From: Salinivirgaceae bacterium
GTDB taxonomy: Bacteria; Bacteroidota; Bacteroidia; Bacteroidales; SZUA-534
Direction: 5' to 3'
NCBI GenBank assembly: GCA_024405635.1
Contig: JAKSOL010000006.1
Coordinates: 46,136-110,135, forward strand
Length of the DNA: 64,000 bases
The position numbers were made by a program, and so were the translations under genes. Below the pieces are notes generated by a model, which saw only the letters and a list, made by a program, of their open reading frames with translations, was not told where the DNA came from and ran no database searches. Each line of letters begins with the position of its first letter. Positions within the stretch are counted from its first letter, which is position 1. This document shows, one piece after another, positions 1-7,785 of this stretch.

Positions 1-710
1 GTTATCTTGGCCATTGACTTAACGCCACGAACAGAACGGAAATTGCAACTAGCAAAGTCGGCCTCATCATCAACTACAAGAACTTTTTTATGTTTGAGAT
101 ATGGCGACTTGGTGGTAAACAAGTCCTTAAGATGGTCGAGGTTTGTTTTTTCCTTTTTGCATACAATAACAATCTTTGCCTTGTTGGTTATTGACTCTTG
201 CAAGCCATTCTTCTTGAAATTTTCAAGAATATCAAATATTCTTACGACACCTTTCTGTCCAATGATTTGTTTGTCTTTGAAGCAAGCATAATCATCTTCA
301 AAGCGTTGTTGAGTCTGTGTCGCAAGCGTTTTTGTTCCTTTGGTCATTACAATGCAGATATCTATACCACGATCGAAAGAGAGTGCTATTATCTGCTCAA
401 AGGTGTTGGTTTTGCCACATTGTATCTTACCGAGGAGCAATACTGGCCATGTTGCATTCTGACAATCCTGTAGCAAAGCATCTACAGTGTTCCTGACGCA
501 CTTCTCCATATTTGACGAATGAGGTTGTACGACAGGATATGGCGAGTTACAACGAAGCGTGTTATACATATACTCTTCGTCATTATCTGCACCTTCAAGA
601 GTTGCAAGTTGCTTACGAAGAGGTGTTATAACATCATCACTCATACCAGCATTTTTCAAGTCGTTAATGCTGCGTCTGAGCGTCACAATTTGTTCTTGTT
701 TTGTAGCCAT
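1..710 (-). CDS. Z1-domain family protein, N-terminal SF2-helicase-like ATPase part (runs off the left edge; not in the ORF track)
   Basis: Manual translation from the ATG at 710 gives 236 open codons (MATKQEQIVTLRRS...). It contains LLGKIQCGKT (nt 431-408) and VLVVDDEADFAS (DDEAD at nt 71-57), matching the GxVQSGKT and IDDEADxAS motifs of Z1-family proteins. The Z1 domain itself would lie outside the window. Confidence 0.75.
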   Translation of the reverse strand, partial: MATKQEQIVTLRRSINDLKNAGMSDDVITPLRKQLATLEGADNDEEYMYNTLRCNSPYPVVQPHSSNMEKCVRNTVDALLQDCQNATWPVLLLGKIQCGKTNTFEQIIALSFDRGIDICIVMTKGTKTLATQTQQRFEDDYACFKDKQIIGQKGVVRIFDILENFKKNGLQESITNKAKIVIVCKKEKTNLDHLKDLFTTKSPYLKHKKVLVVDDEADFASCNFRSVRGVKSMAKI

Positions 711-742
711 ACATGTTGTGTTGTTTTTTTTCTATAATCATT

Positions 743-1963
743 TTACAATTTTAACCCCGAAGCTTTTGGCGAGAAGTCTTCGCGTATCTTAATACTAATA
801 GCACATGCAACCTCTGACTGAGGAAAGCCTAGTTTCTCACCAAAGTCATAGATGAGGTTCAACTCATTATCGCCAAGTTCGCCATCTGCAAATGCGACAT
901 CAATGAAATAACGGAGCATATTGTTTCGCATGTCAGGTGATATTTCGAGTACCTTGCTTACTGAGTCATTAAATGCCTGAGCCACATCGCCCTTCTCTAT
1001 TCGTTTCAACTTCTTATGGGGGAATAGGCAGTATGCTCCTAATTGTTTCACAATAAACTCTTCCTCGTTCTTGTCCGACTTTCCACCAAACTGAGATACG
1101 AAGATTCCTGCTGAAGCTATAAAGTCAGATAGGGCAGCATCCAAATCGTCGTATATAAAGTTCTGAAGGGCTATTATTAACTCGTTCATACCACGGGTGA
1201 GACCTGTCTGTGTCTTTGCTGTCGCAAATAACTCCAATGCCCTAATACGGATAGGATTAACAGGATGTGTACCTTCGCTGACACCATCACCTTTCATGAA
1301 GAACTCCAAACGCTTGCTATTCTCCGCCATCAAAGTGTCTATGCTTACATTCATCTTTTCGAGGAATAAGCCTGATGCCATCTTGAATACTGCTGTCACA
1401 CAAGCTTCAAGATTCTCGTTGGCCATATAACCGTAGCGGTCGGCCCCCAACTCTGCCAACTGACCATAGAGCTGTACTCGTTTACTCAAAAAGTCAGGAA
1501 CTTTTACTTTATCTTCTTCGGTTGGATAGATGAATCTAAATAATTGCGAGATTGTTGCATCGTTATTAATCAAGTGACCTATTTCGTGACCTATAACAAA
1601 CTTCAATTCTTCTTCGTTCAACAAATTGAATAGTCCTGAATTTATCTCTATAATATGTGGACGTTGCTCATCACCAGAGCAATACGAATAAGCGTTTACC
1701 ACACCGTCTCCTGTTATGTAAAAGTCAATATTACCTACAAATCCAAGTTTCTCTTTTACTTCTTGACAGATGACATAGAAGTGAGGCAACAATGTCTCAC
1801 TCACTTTTAGGCTATTGCCTTCCATCACACTGCGCAAGTTCATGTCAATGCCTGCGCCTTCACAATGCTGACGGATTATTTCTGTTACACTGCCTTGCAA
1901 TACGTTAAAAATCTGACGAGCAAGAAGATCTTGCATTTTGATTTTCGGATCTAGTTCTCTCAT
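743..1963 (-). CDS. Soluble M48-family Zn metallopeptidase fused to a C-terminal TerB-like domain
   Basis: Motifs FVIGHEIGH (HExxH), AELGADRYG (third ligand region) and THPVNPIRI. The C-terminus FIDVAFADGELGDNELNLIYDFGEKLGF has the TerB A-ADG-x3-E pattern. No hydrophobic TM segments. Confidence 0.8.
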   Translation of the reverse strand: MRELDPKIKMQDLLARQIFNVLQGSVTEIIRQHCEGAGIDMNLRSVMEGNSLKVSETLLPHFYVICQEVKEKLGFVGNIDFYITGDGVVNAYSYCSGDEQRPHIIEINSGLFNLLNEEELKFVIGHEIGHLINNDATISQLFRFIYPTEEDKVKVPDFLSKRVQLYGQLAELGADRYGYMANENLEACVTAVFKMASGLFLEKMNVSIDTLMAENSKRLEFFMKGDGVSEGTHPVNPIRIRALELFATAKTQTGLTRGMNELIIALQNFIYDDLDAALSDFIASAGIFVSQFGGKSDKNEEEFIVKQLGAYCLFPHKKLKRIEKGDVAQAFNDSVSKVLEISPDMRNNMLRYFIDVAFADGELGDNELNLIYDFGEKLGFPQSEVACAISIKIREDFSPKASGLKL

Positions 1964-2023
1964 TGTATCTAAGATTTGGAAGTTTCGAAATTTGCTGGAT
2001 TTATTTCCATAGGAATATTGTTT

Positions 2024-2542
2024 TTAGTACGTTTTTACATTAGCAATACTTTCGGGAGATGCCGTCTGTAAATCGACAGGCTGCGTTATTTCTATTTTGA
2101 AGTTTTTGCAAACAACATCAAAGTACCAAAGCGCGAGTTTGGGCCGAAAATCGTACATTAAGTGTTGCATGATATCCTTTACAGCCAAACTCTTTTTCCC
2201 CTTGACGAAGCAATAAAACCGAGTGATATGCAGGTTGTGGTACATCTGCATATTATAATTAGCCAATTTCATTTTTCCGTTAGGAGTTACAGCGTTTTTG
2301 TTAATAGCTGTAAGGTCGTTTTGGTATTCTGAAGTGTTACTTAAATAATCTATTTGCCCCATTACCGACAAAAGAAATTCCTTTTCAGAACGCTGCTCTA
2401 CAAGAAACTCTCGACTATCATTCCAAAGGTTATGAAGAAAGTCCATATATTCAGAATTCTTCATATTTTCTTGAATAATCATCTTGGCCAACGACTCTGG
2501 CAACAATTTTGTTAAGTATTCTTCTTCAGTGTATTTTGCCAT
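2024..2542 (-). CDS. Hypothetical protein (172 aa), translationally coupled to the upstream helicase
   Basis: Its ATG shares base 2542 with the helicase stop (TAATG). No recognisable motif. Confidence 0.7.
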   Translation of the reverse strand: MAKYTEEEYLTKLLPESLAKMIIQENMKNSEYMDFLHNLWNDSREFLVEQRSEKEFLLSVMGQIDYLSNTSEYQNDLTAINKNAVTPNGKMKLANYNMQMYHNLHITRFYCFVKGKKSLAVKDIMQHLMYDFRPKLALWYFDVVCKNFKIEITQPVDLQTASPESIANVKTY

Positions 2543-4803
2543 TATTCTTTGTCACTTTTTATTGTATTGCACTTTCTGCAAAGTAATTGTAGGTTTTCTG
2601 GAACCGACTTACCTCCGTTGTTCATAGCCTTTATGTGATCAACTTGGAACACGCTTTTAACGCGAGATGTTCTTCCGCAAATTGCGCACTTGTATTGGCC
2701 ATTTGGCTGTTTGGCTGCAAAGTACACACCTTCTCTCAATCGTTTTGCGTACATTGGATCTACTTCCTCAATTTGCTTAAGAGGAAGTTCGTCAAGATTG
2801 CGCTTTCCGTATTTTACATTGTTGTCCAATTGGTCGTAAATGTCGGGACGGCGAATTTTAAGTATCTCAACATCAACTTGTTTTAGGAAATAAGCCTTGC
2901 GTCCAAAGAACAATTTTATAATTTCTTCATCTTGGCTATCCCAAAGATTATCAAGATATTCGTCTTGTGCCCTTGCGCCCATATCTTGGTCGTAGATGTG
3001 TTGGGCTATTTTCTTTATGTCGAGGCGACTTCTGTCAACTTGCTCAAACTTGTAGAATTTAGGCGCATTGTCCTTTTGGCAGAAGTATCTGATAATGTTA
3101 ATGACATCTGACCTACGATATGGTGGAATCATGTAGTTATTGAAGTAGCTCTCGAAGCATCTTGCCTCCAATTCGTCAAGTATTTCATCGGTAGGATGCT
3201 CGACATCGGTAAGGTCGTATTCTTCAAGAAGATAAGGCATATCGTTCAGCATTGTGGCGTATGCTTCCATTGAGTTGTCGTAAACAATTACTTGACACTG
3301 CACATCGCCCTCGTTTTCTGTGGTGTATTGGAATACGTACATTCCCACAGGAATTCTCTGCATAAAGTCAACCTTTTCCAATTCTGAGGTATCAACCTGA
3401 CTGTCAAGTATCTTGGCAAACTCCTCGATTTTTGAAATTGCAATTGAACGAATGTTCTTAGTAAGATTATTGTATTCTGTTTCTCTGAATTCGTTGTCAC
3501 CATTGAATATAGTTTCAGGGTTAACCCACATAATGTTTTCGTTCCAATCGTCAACAAACGATACAATGTAAGCCTCTTCAGTACCACCAGCAGCAGGACC
3601 TCTTAGTGCGCGGCCTATCATTTGGGTCATTAAGATTGTGGAAGTTGTGGGGCGAGCCAAGAATACGGTTTTGGTTTGAGGAAGATCGACACCCTCGGTA
3701 AGTATATTTACGTTTACCAACACTTTCAGCGTTCCGTCTTGATATTCCTTTATCTTACGTTCGTTTTCTTCTTTTGAAATTGATGCTCCTGTTGCTGAAT
3801 CTTTTATCGATGATACAACATAATCGGCAATTCGTCCATTTTCGTTAAAAAGCTTGCAGAGCGATATTGCGTGTATTATGTTGGTTGCAAAAACGATTGT
3901 TGGTCCGTATAGTTCAGCATCTTCAAAATATTTGTTAACGATAAACCTATTACGGTTTGCATTCCCGGCCATTTTATCTGCTATGCTGTCTGGAAGAACA
4001 TCTAGTTGCATAATGTTGTTTATCTCGTCGAGACTGAGGTCGGTAAATTTTTCTTCGGTATAAAATATTTTCTGAATTGGTTTCGATAGTATTCGTCGGT
4101 TAATCAAATCTTGTAGGCTTACCGAGTACGCAATTCCAAGTTCGTTGTTAACTGCTATTCCGTCGCTGTTTACGCCGTCGGTAAAAATCTTGGCAAGCAA
4201 ACCCTGCTCGCTTTCCGATGTTCGGGTTGGTGTGGCTGTAAGACCAAGTATTTTAACATCCTCAACCTTTTCCCTAACGTATTGTATTACTCGGCGATAC
4301 GTTTTGGCGGTTGAGTGATGCGCCTCGTCAACAACAAGAAACAATCGGCTCTCGTTTTCAAGCCAAACATCAAGGCGGTCAAGATTGCGGCCTATGCTAT
4401 CTTTGCTTATTACCAACAAATTGTCGGTAGGTTCAATGTGGATTGTTTTGTCGTGGTGTGGTGCTCCTGAAACAACACGATAAGTGAAGTTTGGCACGCT
4501 TGGAAGGTTTTCGAGATAGGCAAACTTACGGAACGATTCCAGTGCTTGGTCCAAAAGCATGGTTCGGTGGGCAAGCCAGAGCACCTTAATTTTCTTGTCA
4601 ATAGCATTTTTGAGCAACCAAGTTGACGCTGTGTAGGTTTTACCTCCTCCAGTTGGCAGAACAACAAGTGTGCTGTATTTGTTGTTTTTGTTTATCACAC
4701 CAAGGTTTCTGAATGCTTCAACCTGATGTTGATATGGAGTACGCGGATTAGATGATTCTATGCGACTGATAACTCCAAATGATGTTGTTTCAACAGTTTG
4801 CAT
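2542..4803 (-). CDS. SF2 DEAH/ResIII-type helicase with a C-terminal HNH endonuclease
   Basis: Walker A LPTGGGKT, motif II VVDEAHH, motif III LGLTATP, motif V VNILTEGVDLP, motif VI QMIGRALRG. The C-terminus reads CAIC...QVDHIKAMNNGGKSVPENLQLLCRKCN (HNH with two CxxC). Confidence 0.9.
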   Translation of the reverse strand: MQTVETTSFGVISRIESSNPRTPYQHQVEAFRNLGVINKNNKYSTLVVLPTGGGKTYTASTWLLKNAIDKKIKVLWLAHRTMLLDQALESFRKFAYLENLPSVPNFTYRVVSGAPHHDKTIHIEPTDNLLVISKDSIGRNLDRLDVWLENESRLFLVVDEAHHSTAKTYRRVIQYVREKVEDVKILGLTATPTRTSESEQGLLAKIFTDGVNSDGIAVNNELGIAYSVSLQDLINRRILSKPIQKIFYTEEKFTDLSLDEINNIMQLDVLPDSIADKMAGNANRNRFIVNKYFEDAELYGPTIVFATNIIHAISLCKLFNENGRIADYVVSSIKDSATGASISKEENERKIKEYQDGTLKVLVNVNILTEGVDLPQTKTVFLARPTTSTILMTQMIGRALRGPAAGGTEEAYIVSFVDDWNENIMWVNPETIFNGDNEFRETEYNNLTKNIRSIAISKIEEFAKILDSQVDTSELEKVDFMQRIPVGMYVFQYTTENEGDVQCQVIVYDNSMEAYATMLNDMPYLLEEYDLTDVEHPTDEILDELEARCFESYFNNYMIPPYRRSDVINIIRYFCQKDNAPKFYKFEQVDRSRLDIKKIAQHIYDQDMGARAQDEYLDNLWDSQDEEIIKLFFGRKAYFLKQVDVEILKIRRPDIYDQLDNNVKYGKRNLDELPLKQIEEVDPMYAKRLREGVYFAAKQPNGQYKCAICGRTSRVKSVFQVDHIKAMNNGGKSVPENLQLLCRKCNTIKSDKE

Positions 4804-4860
4804 TTTAATAAATGTTTAGAGGTTTAATTAAATTTTAAGCAAACTATCAATCACATACGG

Positions 4861-5056
4861 ACAAAAAGAGAGGCGCGAACCGTTCTACTCACATTCACGA
4901 GGAGCCTCGGATGAACCTCGCTTACCAGTATAGAAAGTTCACGCCTATCGGCGGTTCTGTCATACTGGTAATAGGTCAGCGTAAGCTTCCCGTGAATTTG
5001 CTTTTATCCGATTATTCTAAACAATCAGTTTCCGAGGCTTTTTGTTTGAATGTGAA
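4861..5056 (-). promoter_or_regulatory. Structured 5' leader of the helicase operon; candidate attenuator or cis-regulatory RNA
   Basis: Perfect inverted pairs at 4889-4897/5047-5055, 4903-4911/5031-5039 and 4922-4931/4962-4971. An alternative stem (4871-4887 with 4931-4946) is followed on the sense strand by CUCUUUUU. Confidence 0.55.
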
Positions 5057-5094
5057 TAATAGCTAATGCGTTGTTATGTAATATGTTATATTTC

Positions 5095-5121
5095 TTTTAA
5101 AAGTTCTCTTTTCTGTTTTTT
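5095..5121. repeat. 27-bp direct repeat, copy 1
   Basis: TTTTAAAAGTTCTCTTTTCTGTTTTTT is identical to 5545-5571. Both copies are preceded by ATATGTTAT. Confidence 0.9.
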
Positions 5122-5178
5122 AACTAATTTATTTCTGTTTATAGTAAATTTATAACAAATACTTCAAAATCTAAACTT

Positions 5179-5367
5179 TCAATGCCTTTTTATGTCACCA
5201 ACACCATGCGTTTTCATTTGTTGGTGAAACACATCCTGTCTCACAAGAAAATCCTCTAAAGTCTTTTTGTCTGGGATTTGCAACATGTACGTTGACACAA
5301 AAAGTTTGTTGTCCATACCTGCCAATGCATATTCCACCATCTTCTTGCTTTTGTGGCATTTATATTG
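5179..5367 (-). pseudogene. C-terminal remnant of a YhcG/DUF1016 (PD-(D/E)XK nuclease) family gene
   Basis: The frame reads ...CHKSKKMVEYALAGMDNKLFVSTYMLQIPDKKTLEDFL..., which I recognise as the DUF1016 C-terminal signature. A TAA at 5370-5368 lies just upstream and the rest of the gene is absent. Confidence 0.65.
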
Positions 5368-5544
5368 TTATTGCCATAATATCTCTATTTTTCAAACTTT
5401 ACGAGATTACAAACCTATAGTTTTTCTACCATTCCACCATCATTGAATGTGGTTTGTATCAGAGAGAAAATGTAAGTTTCCGACGCTTCATTTTTTTTGA
5501 CGACCACAATGATAGTCTGATGCTGCTATGTTTTTTATATGTTA

Positions 5545-5571
5545 TTTTAAAAGTTCTCTTTTCTGTTTTTT
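5545..5571. repeat. 27-bp direct repeat, copy 2
   Basis: Identical to 5095-5121. Confidence 0.9.
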
Positions 5572-5634
5572 TAATCGTTAATCATCAATATAATCGATCA
5601 TCTCTTTCTCAAGTTTACTACCAATTTGTAGCGT

Positions 5635-5907
5635 TTATTCCCCAGCTATATAAACAACCGAATCCTCCGCCACTGTATGTTGGCACAGATTTGCTTGGGA
5701 AAACATGCCCTCAAAGCTAAGATCTTCGTCTAACAGAGGCCAATGAATGCCCGAATAGGAAAGAATGAAATTTTCTCGTTGAGACTGTGTGGCATTGCTT
5801 AAAGTTGGCCATTGAGAAAACAGATAACTAGCCACCTTGCCATCTTTTGTTTCTGCATACACCGCGCTATCATCCACCCAAACTCTCTTTATTGTCATCA
5901 TAGGCAT
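5635..5907 (-). CDS. DUF2442-family putative antitoxin
   Basis: Motif FPTL/WPTL..AT..QR.NF.LS..GIHWP.LDEDLS. It lies downstream of a DUF4160 gene with a TAATG overlap. Confidence 0.85.
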   Translation of the reverse strand: MPMMTIKRVWVDDSAVYAETKDGKVASYLFSQWPTLSNATQSQRENFILSYSGIHWPLLDEDLSFEGMFSQANLCQHTVAEDSVVYIAGE

Positions 5908-6140
5908 TACTTTTTAAAATAATTTTTCCACCTATCAATAATAACATCTCTATTTTCTTCAATAACAGATTCTATCAGTTTCAACTCATGAATCTTAAAC
6001 CCATGATTATATATCTGTTCAATTTTTTCAACATTGTATTTTGCCTCTTGATTATCCTTAATCACATGCACATGAATAGGCTCATGATCATCAGAATAAA
6101 ACATAAATCGAAAACCGAAAAAAATAAAAAGTGTAGGCAT
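5907..6140 (-). CDS. DUF4160-family putative toxin
   Basis: MPTL...GFRFMFYSDDHEPIHVHV...EAK...W..YF pattern; 77 aa. Confidence 0.85.
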   Translation of the reverse strand: MPTLFIFFGFRFMFYSDDHEPIHVHVIKDNQEAKYNVEKIEQIYNHGFKIHELKLIESVIEENRDVIIDRWKNYFKK

Positions 6141-6325
6141 GTTTGTTTAAAATATAAAACTTTTCTCAAAGTTAACTTTTTTCTCATCAAACAATAAAAT
6201 GATTGCACGCAAACAATGTAAACAAAACCTTATTTATGCTTAACTGATTTGATAGTCAAATAGTCTATAGTTCAATACTTTACTTTAGAGTAGAGGAGTG
6301 CGTAGCATTTTAAACCACACCCCAC

Positions 6326-6360
6326 AAAAAAAGGAGCTAGCGAATGCTAACTCCCTTTTT
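6326..6360 (-). terminator. Intrinsic terminator of hpt-adk
   Basis: On the minus strand, a GGAGTTAGC-ATTC-GCTAGCTCC stem followed by T7. Confidence 0.8.
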
Positions 6361-6384
6361 ATTTGTTTGTATGACAGTACTTTA

Positions 6385-6960
6385 TTACAAAGCAGAGTCA
6401 ATTGCCTTTGAAATGCGGCCAAACACCTCGTCAAGTGTACCAACTCCTTCAACCGAAACGTATTTGTTTTGTTTAGCGTAGAAGTCGATAACTGGCTGAG
6501 TTTGTTGTTTGTAAACAGCAATACGGTTGTTTACAATGTCAATGTTTTGGTCGTCGGCACGGCCCGATACTTTGCCACGTTCCATAATGCGAACGCGTAG
6601 TTCGTCATCGTTTACGTCAAGGGCAAGCATCATTGTAACCGATTCGCCAATTTCGCTCAACATTTGGTCAAGCCATGCGGCTTGGTCAGTTGTGCGAGGA
6701 AAACCATCGAAAATGAAACCTTTGGCATCGCGGTTTTTAACCACGTTGTTTTTTACCATTTCTTGTACCAATTCGTTTGGAACAAGGTTTCCTGCGTCAA
6801 TAATGTCTTTAATCTTTTTGCCAAGTTCAGAACCTGAGTTCTTTTCAGCACGAAGCAAATCGCCTGTTGAAAGGTGTTTAAAACCATACTTTGCAATAAT
6901 GTTTTCTGATTGAGTGCCCTTACCTGATCCTGGAGGGCCAAAAATTACAAGGTTGAACAT
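6385..6960 (-). CDS. adk: Adenylate kinase
   Basis: FGPPGSGKGTQ, HLSTGDLLR, GFIFDGFPRT. Confidence 0.97.
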   Translation of the reverse strand: MFNLVIFGPPGSGKGTQSENIIAKYGFKHLSTGDLLRAEKNSGSELGKKIKDIIDAGNLVPNELVQEMVKNNVVKNRDAKGFIFDGFPRTTDQAAWLDQMLSEIGESVTMMLALDVNDDELRVRIMERGKVSGRADDQNIDIVNNRIAVYKQQTQPVIDFYAKQNKYVSVEGVGTLDEVFGRISKAIDSAL

Positions 6961-6962
6961 AT

Positions 6963-7502
6963 TTATTTAATAATTGTGTAAATGTCTTTTAAGTTGCGAC
7001 CATAGCCGTCGTAATCGAGTCCGTAGCCTACTATAAAGTCGTTTGGAATTTTAAAACCGTAGTAGTCTATTGTAACATCTTCGCTGTAAACTGTTGGCTT
7101 AAACATTAGTGTGGCAATTTTAATGTTTGCCGGATTTTGTTGTTTAAGTTGGTTGGCTATCATTTTAATTGTTCGGCCAGTGTCAACAATGTCTTCAATA
7201 ACTATAACGTTCTTTCCTTCAAGGCTTTCGCTTATGCCAATAAGTTGTTTAACCTCGCCAGTTGAACTTGTTCCTTGGTACGATGATACTTTAATGAAAC
7301 TGATTTTACTAACTAGGTTTATGGACTTTAGCAAGTCGGCTGCAAACATAAAACTGCCGTTAAGAATGCCTATAAATACCACTTCTTGACCTTTAAAGTC
7401 GCTGTTTATTTGCTCAGCAACTTCGGCAACACGTTTTTGAATCTCGCTGCTTGTTAGCGATACTCCAAAGCGTTTTCCGTTAACGGTTATTTCGTTTTTC
7501 AT
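6963..7502 (-). CDS. hpt: Hypoxanthine phosphoribosyltransferase
   Basis: VIVIEDIVDTGRT PRPP motif; FIVGYGLDYD. Confidence 0.96.
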   Translation of the reverse strand: MKNEITVNGKRFGVSLTSSEIQKRVAEVAEQINSDFKGQEVVFIGILNGSFMFAADLLKSINLVSKISFIKVSSYQGTSSTGEVKQLIGISESLEGKNVIVIEDIVDTGRTIKMIANQLKQQNPANIKIATLMFKPTVYSEDVTIDYYGFKIPNDFIVGYGLDYDGYGRNLKDIYTIIK

Positions 7503-7727
7503 GTTTTGTTGTTTTGTGGCGAAAGTAGGTAAAATACTATTGTTGTTTGTGTCTAAATATCAACACTTTGAAAACAGTTTTTCAGTCTCTTAAGCATCTT
7601 TTTTATGTCAAATGTTGTGCCAAAGTTTATAGGTGACGTGTTTTTTAAACTTCTATACGTGTTTTGCGTATGCATCGGGTTACAAATTGCAGTTCAATGT
7701 ATTTACTGGCAATGGTTTGGGAAAAAC

Positions 7728-7764
7728 AAAAATCCCCGTCAGCGCATTGGTTGACAGGGATTTT
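7728..7764 (-). terminator. Probable terminator downstream of valS
   Basis: AAAATCCC.GTCA...TGAC.GGGATTTT inverted repeat, with an A-run on the plus strand. Confidence 0.6.
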
Positions 7765-7785
7765 GAATTGTATTGTAAGTCGATT

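Noticed and set aside
7-792. Plus-strand ORFs 7..291, 198..473, 519..737 and 559..792
   Set aside because: They are antisense shadows of the minus-strand Z1-family gene, which has clear motifs. They have none.
4861-5056. Retron msr-msd interpretation of the nested inverted repeats
   Set aside because: The long-range repeat plus internal stem looks superficially similar, but no reverse transcriptase is in the window and a terminator-like alternative fold explains the sequence better. Reconsider only if an RT lies left of position 1.
1-6330. Calling the left region an integrated mobile element with defined att sites
   Set aside because: No integrase, transposase or tRNA-derived att repeat is visible, and base composition was not computed. 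It is described only as an island edge.
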